Shown here: in pieces, positions 31,561-51,402 of the stretch | How the letters are laid out: every line of letters starts with the position of its first letter | Numbering within the stretch: the first letter of the stretch is position 1 | DNA from: the human T2T-CHM13v2.0 reference genome, Homo sapiens | Direction: 5' to 3' (one strand) | Length of the DNA stretch: 64,000 bases | Assembly (NCBI RefSeq): GCF_009914755.1 | Contig: NC_060925.1 | The notes under the pieces: generated by a model | Seen by the model: only the letters and a program-made list of their open reading frames with translations | What the model was told of the DNA's origin: nothing | Databases searched by the model: none | Translations under genes and position numbers: made by a program

Positions 31561-32962
31561 TCTTTATTCCTCTTTCTGAAAGAAATTAATTAAATTTCCT
31601 TTTTTGGGAGGAATTAGAAGGCGTTGAAGTAAATTTATTATCAATGATGTGTTTGAATATAAGAAAGTAAGAAAAGCAAAAAATCAACAGAGCTGTGAGA
31701 GTTTTTCACACCTTCATTTCTTTGGCCATATCATCCTTTCTTGCTAGTCTTCATCTCTCATGCCTAAGAAACTTTAAAATTGGAATTTTTTCTTTAAAAA
31801 ACATTAATTTGGTGTAATTAATAGAAAAAAAACGAATGTAGCATGCAAGACGGCCCAACCAGAGGTATCTTAAAAATTTCTTATATTAGTCTAAATGTTT
31901 TAATCTAACCACAATTTATAAGTATTTCCAAACTAAGATCTTGTTTAGGTCTTCCTAAGAATGTATTTCTGCCTCAGAATGCACAATGTTTTCACATAAA
32001 TGTCAGTATGATTAGGGTTTATTAGCAATTGTAAAAAATTCAACACTACATTAAATCAAGCTTTAAAAAAGCAATAATGAAACCATCTCTTCCCCAAAAT
32101 CAAGCTAAAATGGCTTTCAGGAATGAAAAAAAAAAAAAAAAGATTATTACTCTTTGTATAGTCACATAACTACAGGTAAGTGCATACATATCAGGTCAAT
32201 ATTATAAATAAACTTTGATACTTATTTTTGCCATTTCACATTCAATCTACATTTCTGAAGTCCTTAAAAGCATAGTATACATTCTTAACATAGTTAAGAA
32301 TTTAAGTAAGAATGCTAATCTGTTGCTCCAAAGTAAACTGTTTCATAAACTATTCTTTTATTTCTTATCTATAAGGGCCCTAAAATAAGATTGTGAGCTC
32401 TCCTGAATCCAAGTATCACGTCTGGCCTGTTCATGACTATATGCCTAGTCTGGCCTAGCCTGCACTACGTTATCAATGATTTTTTGTTAATTAAATTATG
32501 TAATAAAATGCACCCCATAATCTGCTGCATTTTCAAATTTTACTCAGTCAAGTGCCAACATACAGAAAAATAAAGGAATGTATGATTTTTGTCTTACTCA
32601 TTACTGAGTTAAACAGCTGACAGAATACAATAAAAGATCTCCTCCAATAGTTTCTTTAGCTAATGGCTTAAATTTTAAGATCTTCATATACATAATAAAT
32701 TCAAATCTTAGTCCTGTAAATGAAAAGCATGTTAAGTTTTAGCAATATTTGACACGTTAAAACTTACCAAATTCCCGATATGCCTCAAAAAACATCTTTT
32801 TAGGGTTATTCGTTCTAAGAGATTTGAACACAAAGTAGCAATTTGATTATACCAAGGAATTACTGTTAATTTGCTTAGATGTGATACAGCCCTGTGGTTT
32901 AACAATGTCCATTTTAAGAGATGCAGATAAGTTTCTGAGATTTGCTTTAAAATACTTAAGCA

Positions 32963-37052
<4,090 letters not shown>

Positions 37053-37228
37053 TAAAATACTTAAGCAAAAAATAATCAAAATGAAGAGGATACATAAAAC
37101 TCGTACAGCAAAATCTTAACCACTGCTGAATGTGGGTGATGGTTATGTGAGGAATTAGTCCATTCTCTCCATTTTCCTGTATAAATTTTCATTAAACATT
37201 TCAAATAATGACAAAAATAATATAAAGC

Positions 37229-38275
37229 AAGCTGGGTGCAGTTGTAGTCCCAGCTACTCGGGAAGCTGAGGCATGAGGACTGCATGAGCCTAGGAGTCTG
37301 AGGATCGCCTAGGCAGCATAATGAGACCCTGTCTCTTAAAAAAAAAAAATCAGTAACAGAAAGATAACTGGAAAAATCCCAATATCTGGAAACTAGTAAC
37401 AGCCTCAGTAATCATGGGTCGAAGAGAAAAATCAAAATGGAAATTAAAAGGTATTTTGATATATACTTCAAAACACGCTGTATGCAATAAACACAATTTT
37501 ATCTGTCAATTTTAAAAAAACAAACTTCCTAAAAAATAAAAAGAAAGCTAAAATAGTACTTTGAACTATATTAAAATGGAAAAGTATCACATCAGTTTTT
37601 TTTGTGATGTGGCTAATACAGTACTTAGAGGGAAATGTGTAGCACAAAATAACTATATTAGAAAAGAAGGTATCAACTAAAGGACCTCAATTTTTATCTT
37701 AAGAAATTAGCAGATAAGAGCAAATTAAACCCTCAAAAAGTAGAAGAATAAAAATAATTAAGAGCAAAGATTAATGATAACAGAAAACAGAAAAATACAG
37801 CCTATCAGTAAAACCAAGAGCTGGCTCTCTGGGAAGATCAATAAAACTGATAATCTTCTAAGCTAGACTCTTCAGGAAAAAGGTAAGAAGAAACAAAATC
37901 CACTATCAGGCATGAAAGAGGGAAAATCATCATACAATCCAAAGATATTAAGAGAATAATAAGGCAATATTATGAATAATTGTACGCCAATAAGTTCAAC
38001 AGCCCTGATGAGACGGACAAATGTCTTAAAAGACACAAACTAATTATAATGCTAAATCAAGAAGAAATAGATAACCTGATTAACCCTAAATCTCTTAAGC
38101 AAATTGAATTGGTAGTTAAAATTCTTTTCTGGAAGCTTCACTGGCAAATTCTACAAAATATTTAAGGAAGAAATAATACCAATTCTATACAAACTTACAG
38201 AAAATGCAGAGGTGGAAGCACTTATGAGAAGAGCATACTGTCATCAAAACTAGACAATGATAGTACAAGAAAACA
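37229..38275 (+). mobile_element. FLAM (37229-37349) followed by an old L1M ORF2 fragment
   Basis: Alu monomer, then a degenerate ORF2 peptide (YANKFNSPDETDKCL...LNQEEIDNL). Confidence 0.7.
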
Positions 38276-38494
38276 AGCTACAACCTTATGAGAAGGATAC
38301 TATCAATTATTCCACTTTAGAGACGAAGAAATTTGGCATATAGAAACTCAGGAACTTGCCTAAAATCACAGAACTAATAATTGGCAGGCTACTTCAGAAC
38401 CCACGCTTTTAATAATAATGGTATAAGTGCTTCTCAAATTCAATTAGATTCTAGACATTCTTACAAAAGAAAATAGTAATTTGACCAATACTTA

Positions 38495-38686
<192 letters not shown>

Positions 38687-39868
38687 TCAAAGAGCCACAT
38701 CCACAAATTAAAATTTATATTCTAAATACAAAAAACAATTTTTAAAGATTTTACTAAAGACTAGTTTACACAATTTAATTGGTCAGTTTTTCAGTTTTAA
38801 TAAAAAATGTCTTGGTTCTTTGAAAGATACTGTCTCTTTCCACTGTGAATTCTCACTTTTTTGGCAATAATTCCTTGGAAAAAAAATAATAACAATAATA
38901 ATAATAATAAAGCTACTATTTAAGAGTCATTAAAACAAAAATCCATCAATGGAGAATGTGAGGATATTAAGAAGAGTACTGGATGAGTATTTGTTAGTTT
39001 GAAGGAACGTGTTTACTGGCACACATATTTATGCCCATGTTTTGTTTAAAATCCCGTTTATAATAACATTTTAGATAAAATAGTTTATAAATAAGAAGAA
39101 ATATTTGGTCAAATAATATACTGAAATGTTTCAAATCCTATTACAGGAAGACAGTAGAAAACTGCAATGTTATGAACTATTAATTCTAAAAAACAAACAA
39201 AAAAAGTTTGAAATTGCTCCTTTTTATCTCAAAGTGCCTTCATCAAGAAAAAATATTCATTCAAATCTCTTGCTGAAATATGAAAAACAATAATTCCATC
39301 CAGTGGTACAGTATACAAAAACCTTGGGTAAAGTCCACTTCAGTAAACTATTGGAAGATAAATCATGTGGAATTTAAAACATAGTATCAGTTTACGAAGT
39401 ACCTGAGAATACAACGAATCTATTCTCCAGTCTATTAATAGAAGCAGACCTACACTAAAAGCATAGATTTAAAAAATCATTGCTTTTCAGCACTGTGTCG
39501 TTTGAACATATACTTTCCTTTCTGAAGAATGAAAAAAACAATGAGCACTTTAGTTTCCTAGACTGAAACTGAGACAAGTTTGTTATACCACTGTATTTTC
39601 ATAGCTTCTTTATTCTAAGCCCATACATACACACACACACAACTTTTTCAAGGTAAATGTTCATGATTTCCCTTCTTAAATGCCATCTGAAGTATAGTAA
39701 GCATAATAAAAGTAAGATGCAAGAATTATTAAGTCAAAAGAGTTATGCAGATAATATAATGCACAGTAAAGAATTTATGTTATCTGGAGATATTAGGTTA
39801 TCTTGAAAATAACTGTTTGCATGACGAAATTTATGTAACAATTATTATAAGAAAAAAATAAACAACAG

Positions 39869-40185
<317 letters not shown>

Positions 40186-41571
40186 ATAAATAACATTACT
40201 TGAGGAAACTGAGTGAGCTTTTGTCCCTGATATTTTACAAATTTTAAAGATTTAAACACTAAGCAAATTCATCAAAACACCTAGATTTAAAGGGTCCACT
40301 TAGTTGTGCTTCCATTCTAAAGACAGCAAAAGGAATTACCTAACAGGCAATATCATAACGGTATTGAGACAAAACTCTTGCTCCACAAAAATTATTCTCA
40401 GGAAATTCCACGTATTATAAATAAAACATGGGTTATTTGCAAAAATAAAAATCCCAACTGTACTGCAGAGTGGTCTGGATATAATAGTTAATGATTCTTT
40501 TTATATGGAATCCTATTACTGTGAGTTATTTAACATTCTACATACTGGAAAGATGGTTGGTTTTATTAATTTAAAAACTGTTTCAATGTTATCCTATTCA
40601 TTCCCATTTTGATATCAATTCCTAAGTACATAAAACTCACAAGCATTCAATATTGTGTATTCTGTTCTAAGCTAATAATCCTGTTCTAGGCTAACTGGAT
40701 TTCTGCCCATCATATAAGCTCATTAATAGCTACTTTCAACAGAAACCATAAAGAAAACAATAAAACTAGTTTTTTCAGTATCTGAAAGTATAGTAATTGA
40801 TTTTAACTTATGAGGTTACAAAAAAGGTAGAATTTTGTTTGCGTGGTGTTTTATCATCAACATCCACACATATCTGCTGGTATATCACCTCTCCTATCCT
40901 AATTACAAATTGGTTTGTAAAAGTGTATTCAATGTCTCTTTTCTTTCTCCTAGTGCTTTATAATTAACTTCCTCTTTCAATTACAGTTAAAACTCCAAAG
41001 TAATAGTTCTTTAATATTCATCTTTCATTTTAATAGTTGGAAATAAAAGTTAGAGAATACAGATGGATTTACAGATTCTCATTTGAAAATATACAAAGGA
41101 CAATCAACCTCTTAGGTACACCGTTTCAGAGAAGTTAAAATTTCCCCTTTACAGTCAGAGGTACTAGGAGGAACTTACAATCCAGCAATACAATTAGAGT
41201 AGCTAGCTAACGTAAGATTCCTGAAAACTAGAGACATGTTTTAGGTACAATACAGCCATACCCATACAAATAAAAATCTATCTAATTTTCCACCTGGTTT
41301 TAATTTATTATTCTACTGTCTTGTAAAGCTACACCCCCAAATATAAACTGACTTGTGATGACCTTTACTATTCCATACCATATCTATGCTGCCAGTGACT
41401 TAAAGATTACTAATAATAGCCTACCCCAATCTCTTTCCCACCTCTTTTTTTAAAGGTCTGCCACTTGCCTATAGTTGTACTTCAGTATCATACCAACAAA
41501 TAATGTATGAAAGGGTTAACATGAACTCTACCAGTCAGAATGCAGGTATTGGGCTACTTTCAACTTAACAA

Positions 41572-41910
41572 CTCCCAAAGTGCTGGGATTACAGGCATGA
41601 GCCACTGCGCCCGGACTGATTTTGGGAATCTTAATATCCAGAAATTGTTAGAAAATAATTACCAAATAGAAAATGAGTTACTTTTTCCAACGAAATAAGA
41701 GGACACAAACAAATGGAAGAACATTCCATGCCCATGGATAGGAAGAATCAATATTGTGAAAATGGCCACACTGCCCAAAGTAATTTACAAATTCAATACC
41801 ATCCCCATCAAGCTACCAATGACTTTCTTCACACAACTGGAAAAAACTACTTTAAAGTTCATATGGAACCAAAAAAGAGCCCACATTGCCAAGAGAATCC
41901 TAAGCAAAAA
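41572..41910 (+). repeat. Copy A of a 339-bp local duplication (source at 43829-44166)
   Basis: Direct alignment by eye gives about 12 differences. Confidence 0.95.
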
Positions 41911-43123
41911 TTATTACACAAGCACAATAAGGGGCTCCATTCCCAGGCAATAAATGAAAGCTTTCCCAGCATAAAAACTGTTTGTTGTTAATTTCAAACA
42001 AACAAACAAATTTTGCCTTCTCCCTTGGTCTTCAGAGGAAAAATGCTTTGTAAATCTAATATATTTTTTCCTATACCACTAATCGTGAGGCAAATTTGTC
42101 TGTAGGATCTAAGCAATATGTAGATTATAAATAATATAAACATATGTATTCAAGAGAAAACCAACACCCAGTTTTTAACAACCAATAAAATACCAGACTT
42201 TTTTTTTTCCCCCTTGGTGGGGTTTATTTTAAGCAGATGCCTCATTAATGACCTGAATTAATTGAGCACCCAACATGTACCAAGCATTGTATCTTATATA
42301 TGTCACTTACAATCATTAAAAAACCCATTAGGGTTAATGTCTCTACTTCATAGATGAGCAAAGACACTGAGAAAGACTGAAGAACAGAGTTAAGAAAAAG
42401 AGGAAAAACTAAATTACTTTTTTACAGTAATAAAAATATCATATGCTATCACATCCACATCTTTGCATATGTTATTTCCTCTACTTTGAACATGTTTCTA
42501 AGTATCTTTTTCAGTTAATTCATACTCGAATAGCCCATATACAACTCCTCTGAAATCCCTACACTGATCATTCCCTTACACCTCCCCATTTTCAATTCGG
42601 CCTGGATTTTTTTTTTTACTATCAGTTGTATTAGTGGATATTATTATCTATTCTCATGATACTCCTGTAAACTTATTTAACACATAATATCACACAGAAC
42701 TGTTTATCTGTTGCTTTCCCTGACTCGATTTACAACACTCCTTAATGACAGAAACCAGTTCTTTCATCTTTTTATTCTTAGCACAGAGGACAGTGCTTAG
42801 AACTTCATGTTTATTTAATGTTAAATAGGAGGCAACTGAATGAAACTTATTTTTGTTGGCTACATATTCATAGCTGAATTTCTTTTTAACTTTATCTAGC
42901 TTGCCATATAAAGATTCAGAATTCACAAATATAGAACAAAAAATAGTCATTGGAAAGTAACATTCTCTAAGATCACTAAGAACCTCCATGATGATCTGGT
43001 AGACTATGTCAAAAATACATACTTTTGCTTTGCAATTAGGACTTTCCATAAATTCAGCACAAAAACCTAGAAACAGATCTGAAATGTAGATTTCAGATAA
43101 TTTGAGAAGGTCTAAATATATAC

Positions 43124-43238
43124 CTGAGATACGAGACATCCTTGTAGAAAAGTAACACTGCTCCAAGTCTTCAAAATGAGCAGTAAGTCGTTTTCGTCTT
43201 GATGCTAACGTGCTATTATACCAAGGCTGTTTCTTTGT
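43124..43238 (-). CDS. COP1: COP1/RFWD2 coding exon (probably exon 10, 115 nt): TKKQPWYNSTLASRRKRLTAHFEDLEQCYFSTRMSRIS
   Basis: Translation matches recalled human COP1 residues ~343-380. Acceptor ttattttAG (ct at 43239-43240), donor CAG|GTATAT (ac at 43122-43123). Phase 0 in, phase 1 out, matching the next exon. Confidence 0.97.
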
Positions 43239-43520
43239 CTAAAATAATAAGAAAAGACACAAAACTTAGAATAAACAATACTCTTCTTTTGCACAGAATA
43301 CTCAAATGTTTGAGCATTTACCCTCAGAAGTTCATCACAGTAAAATGATCACAAATAGTAAAAAACTGTAATTCTGAGATATTTTCCAATTTATCTTTTA
43401 ACATGAAAATAGAAACCAAATTCATTCGCAGAATGATTAAAACTAATAATGACTAAAAATAAGCTCTAAAGGACAGTTTTACAAGACTAAAATGAGAAAC
43501 ATCTTCACTTCTACAAATAA

Positions 43521-43873
<353 letters not shown>

Positions 43874-43944
43874 TGATTTTGGGAATCTTAATATCCAGAA
43901 ATTGTTAGAAAATAATTATCAAATAGAAAATGAGTTACTTTTTC

Positions 43945-45612
43945 CAACGAAATAAGAGGACACAAACAAATGGAAGAACATTCCATGCTCATGGATAGGA
44001 AGAATCAATATTGTGAAAATGGCCATACTGCCCAAAGTAATTTATAAATACAATGCCATCCCCATCAAGCTACCAATGACTTTCTTCACAGAACTGGCAA
44101 AACTACTTTAAAGTTCATATGGAACCAAAAAAGAGCCCACATTGCCAAGACAATCCTAAGCAAAAAGAACAAAGCTGGAGGCATCACACTACCTGACTTC
44201 AAACTATACTACAAGGCTACAGTAACCAAAACAGCATGGTACTGGTACCCAAACAGAGATACAGACCAATCGAACAGAACAGATGCCTCAGAAATAACAC
44301 CACACAGCTACAACCATTTGATCTTTGACAAATCTGACAAAAACAAGAAATGGGGAAAGGATTCCCTATTTAGTAAATGGTGCTGGGAAAACTGGCTAGC
44401 CATATGTAGAAAGCTGAAACTGGATCCCTTCCTTATACCTTATACAAAAATTAATTTAAGATGGATTAAAGACTTAAATGTTAGACCTAAAACCATAAAA
44501 ACCTAGAAGAAAACCTAGGCAGTACCATTCAGGACATAGGCATGGGCAAAGACTTCATGATTAAAACACCAAAAGCAATGGCAACAAAAGCCAAAATTGA
44601 CAAATGGGATCTAATTAAACTAAAGAGCTTCTGCAAAGCAAAAGAAACTATCATCAGAGTGAACAGGCAACCTACAGAATGGGAGAAAATTTTTGCAATC
44701 TATTCATCTGACAAACGGCTAAAATCTAGAATCTACAAAGAACACAAAGAAATTTACGAGAAAAAATCAACCCCATCAAAAAGTGGGAGAAGGGTATGAA
44801 CACACACTTCTCAAAAGAAGACATTTATGCAGCCAACAGACACATGAAAAAGTGATCATCATCATTGGCCATCAGAGAAATGCAAATCAAAACCACAATG
44901 AGATACCATCTCACACCAGTTAGAATGGCAATCATTAAAAAGTCAGGGAACAACAGGTGCTGGAGAGGATGTGAAGAAACAGGAACGCTTTTACACTGTT
45001 GGTGGGAGTATAAACTAATTCAACCATTGTGGAAGACAATGTGGCGATTCCTCAAGAATCTAGAACTAGAAATACCATTTGACTCAGCCACCCCATTACG
45101 GGTTATATACCCAAAGGATTATAAATCATGCTACTACAAAGACACATGCACATGTATGTTTATTGCAGCACTATTCACAATAGCAAAGACTTGGAACCAA
45201 CTCAAATGTCCATCAATGATAGACTGGATTAAGAAAATATGGCACATATACACCATGGAATACTATGCAGCCATAAAAAAGGATGAGTTCATGTCCTTTG
45301 TAGCGACATGGATGAAGCTGGAAACCATCATTCTCAGCAAACTATCGCAGGATAGAAAACCAAACACCATATGTTCTCACTCATAGGTGGGAACTGAACA
45401 ATGAGAATACTTGGACACAGGAAGGGGAACATCACACACCAGGGTCTGTCATGGGGTGGGGGGATGGGTGAGGGATAGCACTAGGAGAAACACCTAATGT
45501 AAATGACGAGTTAACGGGTCCAGCAAACCAACACGGCACATGTATACATATGTGACAAACCTGCACATTGTGCACATGTACCCTAGAACTTAAAGTATCA
45601 TAAAAAAAAAAA
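43945..45612 (+). mobile_element. 5'-truncated L1PA (L1PA5-7-like), ~1.67 kb
   Basis: ORF2 C-terminal peptides ([15 protein letters not shown]; [17 protein letters not shown]) with stops and frameshifts, L1PA 3' UTR and poly(A). Confidence 0.93.
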
Positions 45613-46061
45613 GAATGAGCTGCTGATACATACAAAACAGAATGAATCTCAAAAACACTGAATGACAGTCATACACAAAAGGTAATGTTATTACAAAATT
45701 TCATTATATAAGGATTAAAAACAGGTGAATTATGAGTTTCTAGAAGTCAGTATAATATTTGCCCCTGAAGAACTGGGACTGAATTTGAAAGGAGCATAAG
45801 GCAAGATGAATGTTCCATATGTTCATCTCGGTATTGTGGGATCACATGTATGTGTTTGTCAAATCTCACTCAAGCAAATACATAAGATCTGCGCTTTTCT
45901 TTATATGTGTTTTACCTCCATTTCAAAGAAGGCATAATAAAAAATTATTTTATTATTACTTCCAAAAAAAGAAAAATGAATTGCTTTTTCATTATCCCTA
46001 CACTGTAGCCTTACAACCTGGAATTACTGGAATAGTTCTTAGCTGTAAGAAATATCTATTT

Positions 46062-46681
<620 letters not shown>

Positions 46682-47014
46682 CTATTTAATACTGATTATC
46701 AGATTAAGAGGCAATAATATACACATGCCAAAGAGTTTGATATATTCATTAGAAGAACAAAATAACAAAATCAGATAAAAGGCAATAAACTTGAAAAATG
46801 TTAGCATATAAATCCTATAAAAAACAAAGGTTTGTGGTCCTAAATATGTATGGTATTTACCTGCTGGCACAAGTTCACCAACAACTGTACCACAATGCCA
46901 AATGCATAAAGTAAAAAGTACTAAGGTACTGTAATGTATACTACAGTGTATCCCTGCTTTGATAAAACTAGATGGGAGGAGGTAAGAGTCATATTTTAAA
47001 GCACTGCTTCACTC

Positions 47015-47821
47015 TGAGACCTAAACTCTGAGTTTTTTTCTTTCTTGCCCAAATTCCTATTTAAGGAGACTGCAGTCATGCCCTACAAACGATAAAATCT
47101 CATCAGATGGGTTTTACTTAACCCTATATAATCTCTCTTAGTTTTCAACCTGACTCTGAATAATGTCACGACAAATAAAGAAGGAAATCAATATATTTTA
47201 CCCCCAAATAGTTTTTTGCCATATTTTGAAATGATCCTGCAAAGCAGTCTTTTGTGAGGAAAATTTTGCATCTGTATTAACATAACTACACCCTTCCCCT
47301 TCCAGGCCCTCCCAATCCTGAAGAGATTAACTGAGAGTCCAGCCTAATTAGGAAACATTTACCATCTACTGCCTCTAAAGGTAGCCACCTATGAGACTTC
47401 ATCTACATAAAAACTTTGTTCTTCACAACCCCTTATCTTAACCCAGACACTCCTTCCTATTAATCTCAGGTCTTTGGATAGTAACTTAACTCTTTGAACC
47501 AAGAGTCAATCTAAAAATCTCTGAATCCATGTGTGACCTGTAAGCCAATCCCTGTTCCCACCCCCTGTCCCTGCCTGCTGTCCTGCCTTTCCAGATCGAA
47601 TCAATGTAAACTTCCTAAGTAATGACAGGTGTCTTATGTCTCCTTAAAATGTATACCAACCACCTTGGGCACATGTTCTCAGGACCTCTTGAGACTATGC
47701 CTCAGGCCAGGGTCACTCATTTTGGTTTTTTCGGCTCCAAATAAACCTCTTTAAAAAAGTTTATTTGTCTCCAAATAAACTTCTTTAAATATTTTATAGC
47801 GTTTGACTCTCTTTGTCAATA
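47015..47821 (+). mobile_element. MER4-family (MER4E/D-like) solo LTR
   Basis: tgagacctaaactctga...cttgcccaaattcctat...aaatattttatagcgtttgactctctttgtcaata; perfect 4-bp TSD ACTC. Confidence 0.82.
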
Positions 47822-48039
47822 ACTCACAAGAAAGTAAGATAATTTTCAAAGACTTAACAGACAAACAGGAAGGTGAACTCAGAGATGTAATGATAAACAA
47901 AATATAACAGCAGCAGCACAGGGCAGGGGGAAAGAGGAGGACAATACCTACACAAAAGTAATTGAACTGGAATTTGGAGAATTAAGCCCAGGGACCGCAA
48001 GTAGGGAAACTGAAAACAGAATTTACAAAGTAGAAGAGA

Positions 48040-50700
48040 AATCTGAAAGAACTGCCTAGAATGTAGGATAAAAGCCAAGAAGACAAAAAATTTGAAAAAC
48101 AATATAAAAGGCATAAAAGAATAATAGTTTGAAATATGGCCAGAGACTCAGAAGAAAAGACCAAGAAACTAAAGAAGAAATATTGGAAGAGTTGATGGCT
48201 GAGGTTTTTCCAGAACTGAAAACAGACATGAATACACAGAAAGTGAAATTATTCCGATCAAGTGAGATAATTAAAAAGAAACCCACAGTTAGACACACTA
48301 AGGTGAAACTGTGTTTTTGTCTATACAGCAAAAATATCTTAAAACCAAAAGAAAGATAATTTATTTAGGAACAACAATTAAAAAGGCAAAATGCTTTTCA
48401 AGAGCAGTAGAAAGAAGCTAGAGCAAAAAGGACATCAATAATCTTAAAAAAGTTGAGAGAAAAAAATTTCAGCCTAAAATTCAGAACCCCAAAAGGCTAT
48501 CTCACAACATCATAAACAAAAATGAAGTTTATTACCAGTGAGCCATCTCTAAAAGAATTTCTGCCTGTAATCCCAGCTACTCAGGAGGCTGAGGCAAGGG
48601 AATAGCTTGAACCCAGGAGGCAGAGGTTGCAGAGAGCTGAGATCGTGCCACTGTGCCACTGTACTCAAGCCTGGGCAACAGAGCGAGACTCCGTCTCAAA
48701 AAAAAAAAAACAAAAAAAAAAACTTCTGAAGTTGTGTACTTGAATAATACAATGACACCAACTGGAAGATCTGAGACACAAAATAAAAAAAGAGAGCAAG
48801 GAAACGAGCAAATAAATAAGTGATTCTAAATATTACTATTAATCGTCATATCTAGTTTATGGGGCTTAAGAATAAGACAAAAAATTATCCAAGTAACAAT
48901 ATATAAGTCAGAAGAAAGTGAAAAAAGTTGCATTCTGGAGCTCTTGTATTGTTCAGGAAGGTAATTAAGATAATTAAGATACTCTGCTTAGATGATAAGT
49001 GTGAATAAATTTCAAAGACAACTACTGAAAGCACAGTGATAGAATAGGTAACAATCGAACCAGAAGAGGGATGGTGGGGGAGGTAAAAACGTAAGAAAAA
49101 AAATCAAAAACTGAGAAAAACAGAAGTATAATAAGTAAAACAGAATGAAATTATATCAGTATTAGCAATAAATGTAAATGGAAACAATCACTAATAGAAA
49201 TAGTGACATAATAGATTTAAAATAAAGGTATGCTATCTGCCAAAGAAATACTTAAAACAGAGACAAACTAAAAAATTAGAATAACATGAAAGAATACTAA
49301 CTAAAAGAGAAAAAATAGATTCAAGATGAAAAACATTAATATGGATGAAAACAGCCACTGTATATGAGAAAAGGTTCAATTTAACATAACCCATCTGTAT
49401 GTAATAAGAGAGCCTTAACATTTTTCAGGCAGAAATTGCCAGAGAAGTGGACAAACCTATTAACACAATGGGAGATAAATCTGCAAGTCAACTGAGTTAT
49501 GCAACTAGTGTTATGCAAGTAACACTAGTTTATATATGGCCAAATATAAAATTTGATATAATGAATATATAGAAAACACTGTACCTAATTTAAAAATAGG
49601 CATTCTTCTGAAGCATGCATAGAACATTTACAAAAACTGACCATGTAATATGTTACTGGATAATATGTTTACAATCTTGAGAAAGGGCAGAATTTCTTAA
49701 ATGAAACACAAGAAGTACTAATATAAAAATTATAAATTGCATGACATAGAAATTAAGAACTTCTGTTCACCAAAATTAATCATTAAAAAGGTGAGACAAG
49801 ATACAAACTGTAAGAAGATATTTGCAGTATCCAAAAACAAATGATTAGTATCCAGAATATATCTATTTCTCTAAGACCAACACAAAAAAATGGGGAAAGA
49901 CTTGAAATGCCATTTCACAAAAGACAAAACATAAAGGACAATAAATATAAGAAAAGGTGCTGTTTTATAGTGGCAGGAAAATAAAAATTAAAGTCGCAAC
50001 TATGCTCTATTTATTACCACTAAGGTGACAATCATTTTAAAGTCCAACAATACTAATTATCAGCAAGAATGCTGAGAACCTGGAACTCATACACTCATGT
50101 AGTGGGAGTTTTAAATTGATAAAAGTACACTGGAAAACAATTTGTTATTAACTCAAAATACAAATTTTGCATACCCAATGCCCTTTAATTCCTCTCCTAG
50201 GTACATATCTAGGGAAACTCTTGCACCTGTGGATCTGGAGACATGTACAAAGATGCCCTTAATAGCAAGAACAACAAAAACCCTAGAAGTGCATGTAATG
50301 TATACAGATTCAACTGAAAAATTGTAGTATAGTAACACAATGGAATATTATACGTCAGTGACAACTACAGCCACAGGCATCAGCAATTAATCTCTGAAAA
50401 AACAAATCTCAGAAATCTTACTATAATATTTTTATAAAGTTCAAATACAGCCAAAACAAATAATATAGGGGTGTGTATATATGTGGTAAAACTTTTTTAA
50501 AAGTCAACATATTGATAAACATAAATATCAGAAAAATAATTATATTTGGATAGGAAGCAGGTGATAAAATTGGTTAGGAACACATGAGTAACCTGTATAC
50601 TACTTTTAATATTCTATTATTAAATAACTAACACAGAAGCCAGTTCCATAAAAGTTTTGCTATATTTCTAATTTACATATTAATGAAATATATTCCTTTG
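48040..50700 (+). mobile_element. Ancient L1M remnants (ORF1/ORF2/3' pieces) with an Alu right monomer at ~48562-48722
   Basis: ORF1-like EEILEELMAEVFPEL followed by degenerate ORF2 and 3' text. Confidence 0.6.
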
Positions 50701-50778
50701 TAGGTACCAACATATTTTTTAATAATACTAAGATTGTAATTCTAGATTTTAGCCTACAGATCTCTTCAAAAGTGATCT

Positions 50779-51402
<624 letters not shown>

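Noticed and set aside
44318-45386. L1 ORF2-like ORFs including a 173-aa frame
   Set aside because: Broken fragments of a 5'-truncated L1PA with stops and frameshifts; not an active element or a host gene.
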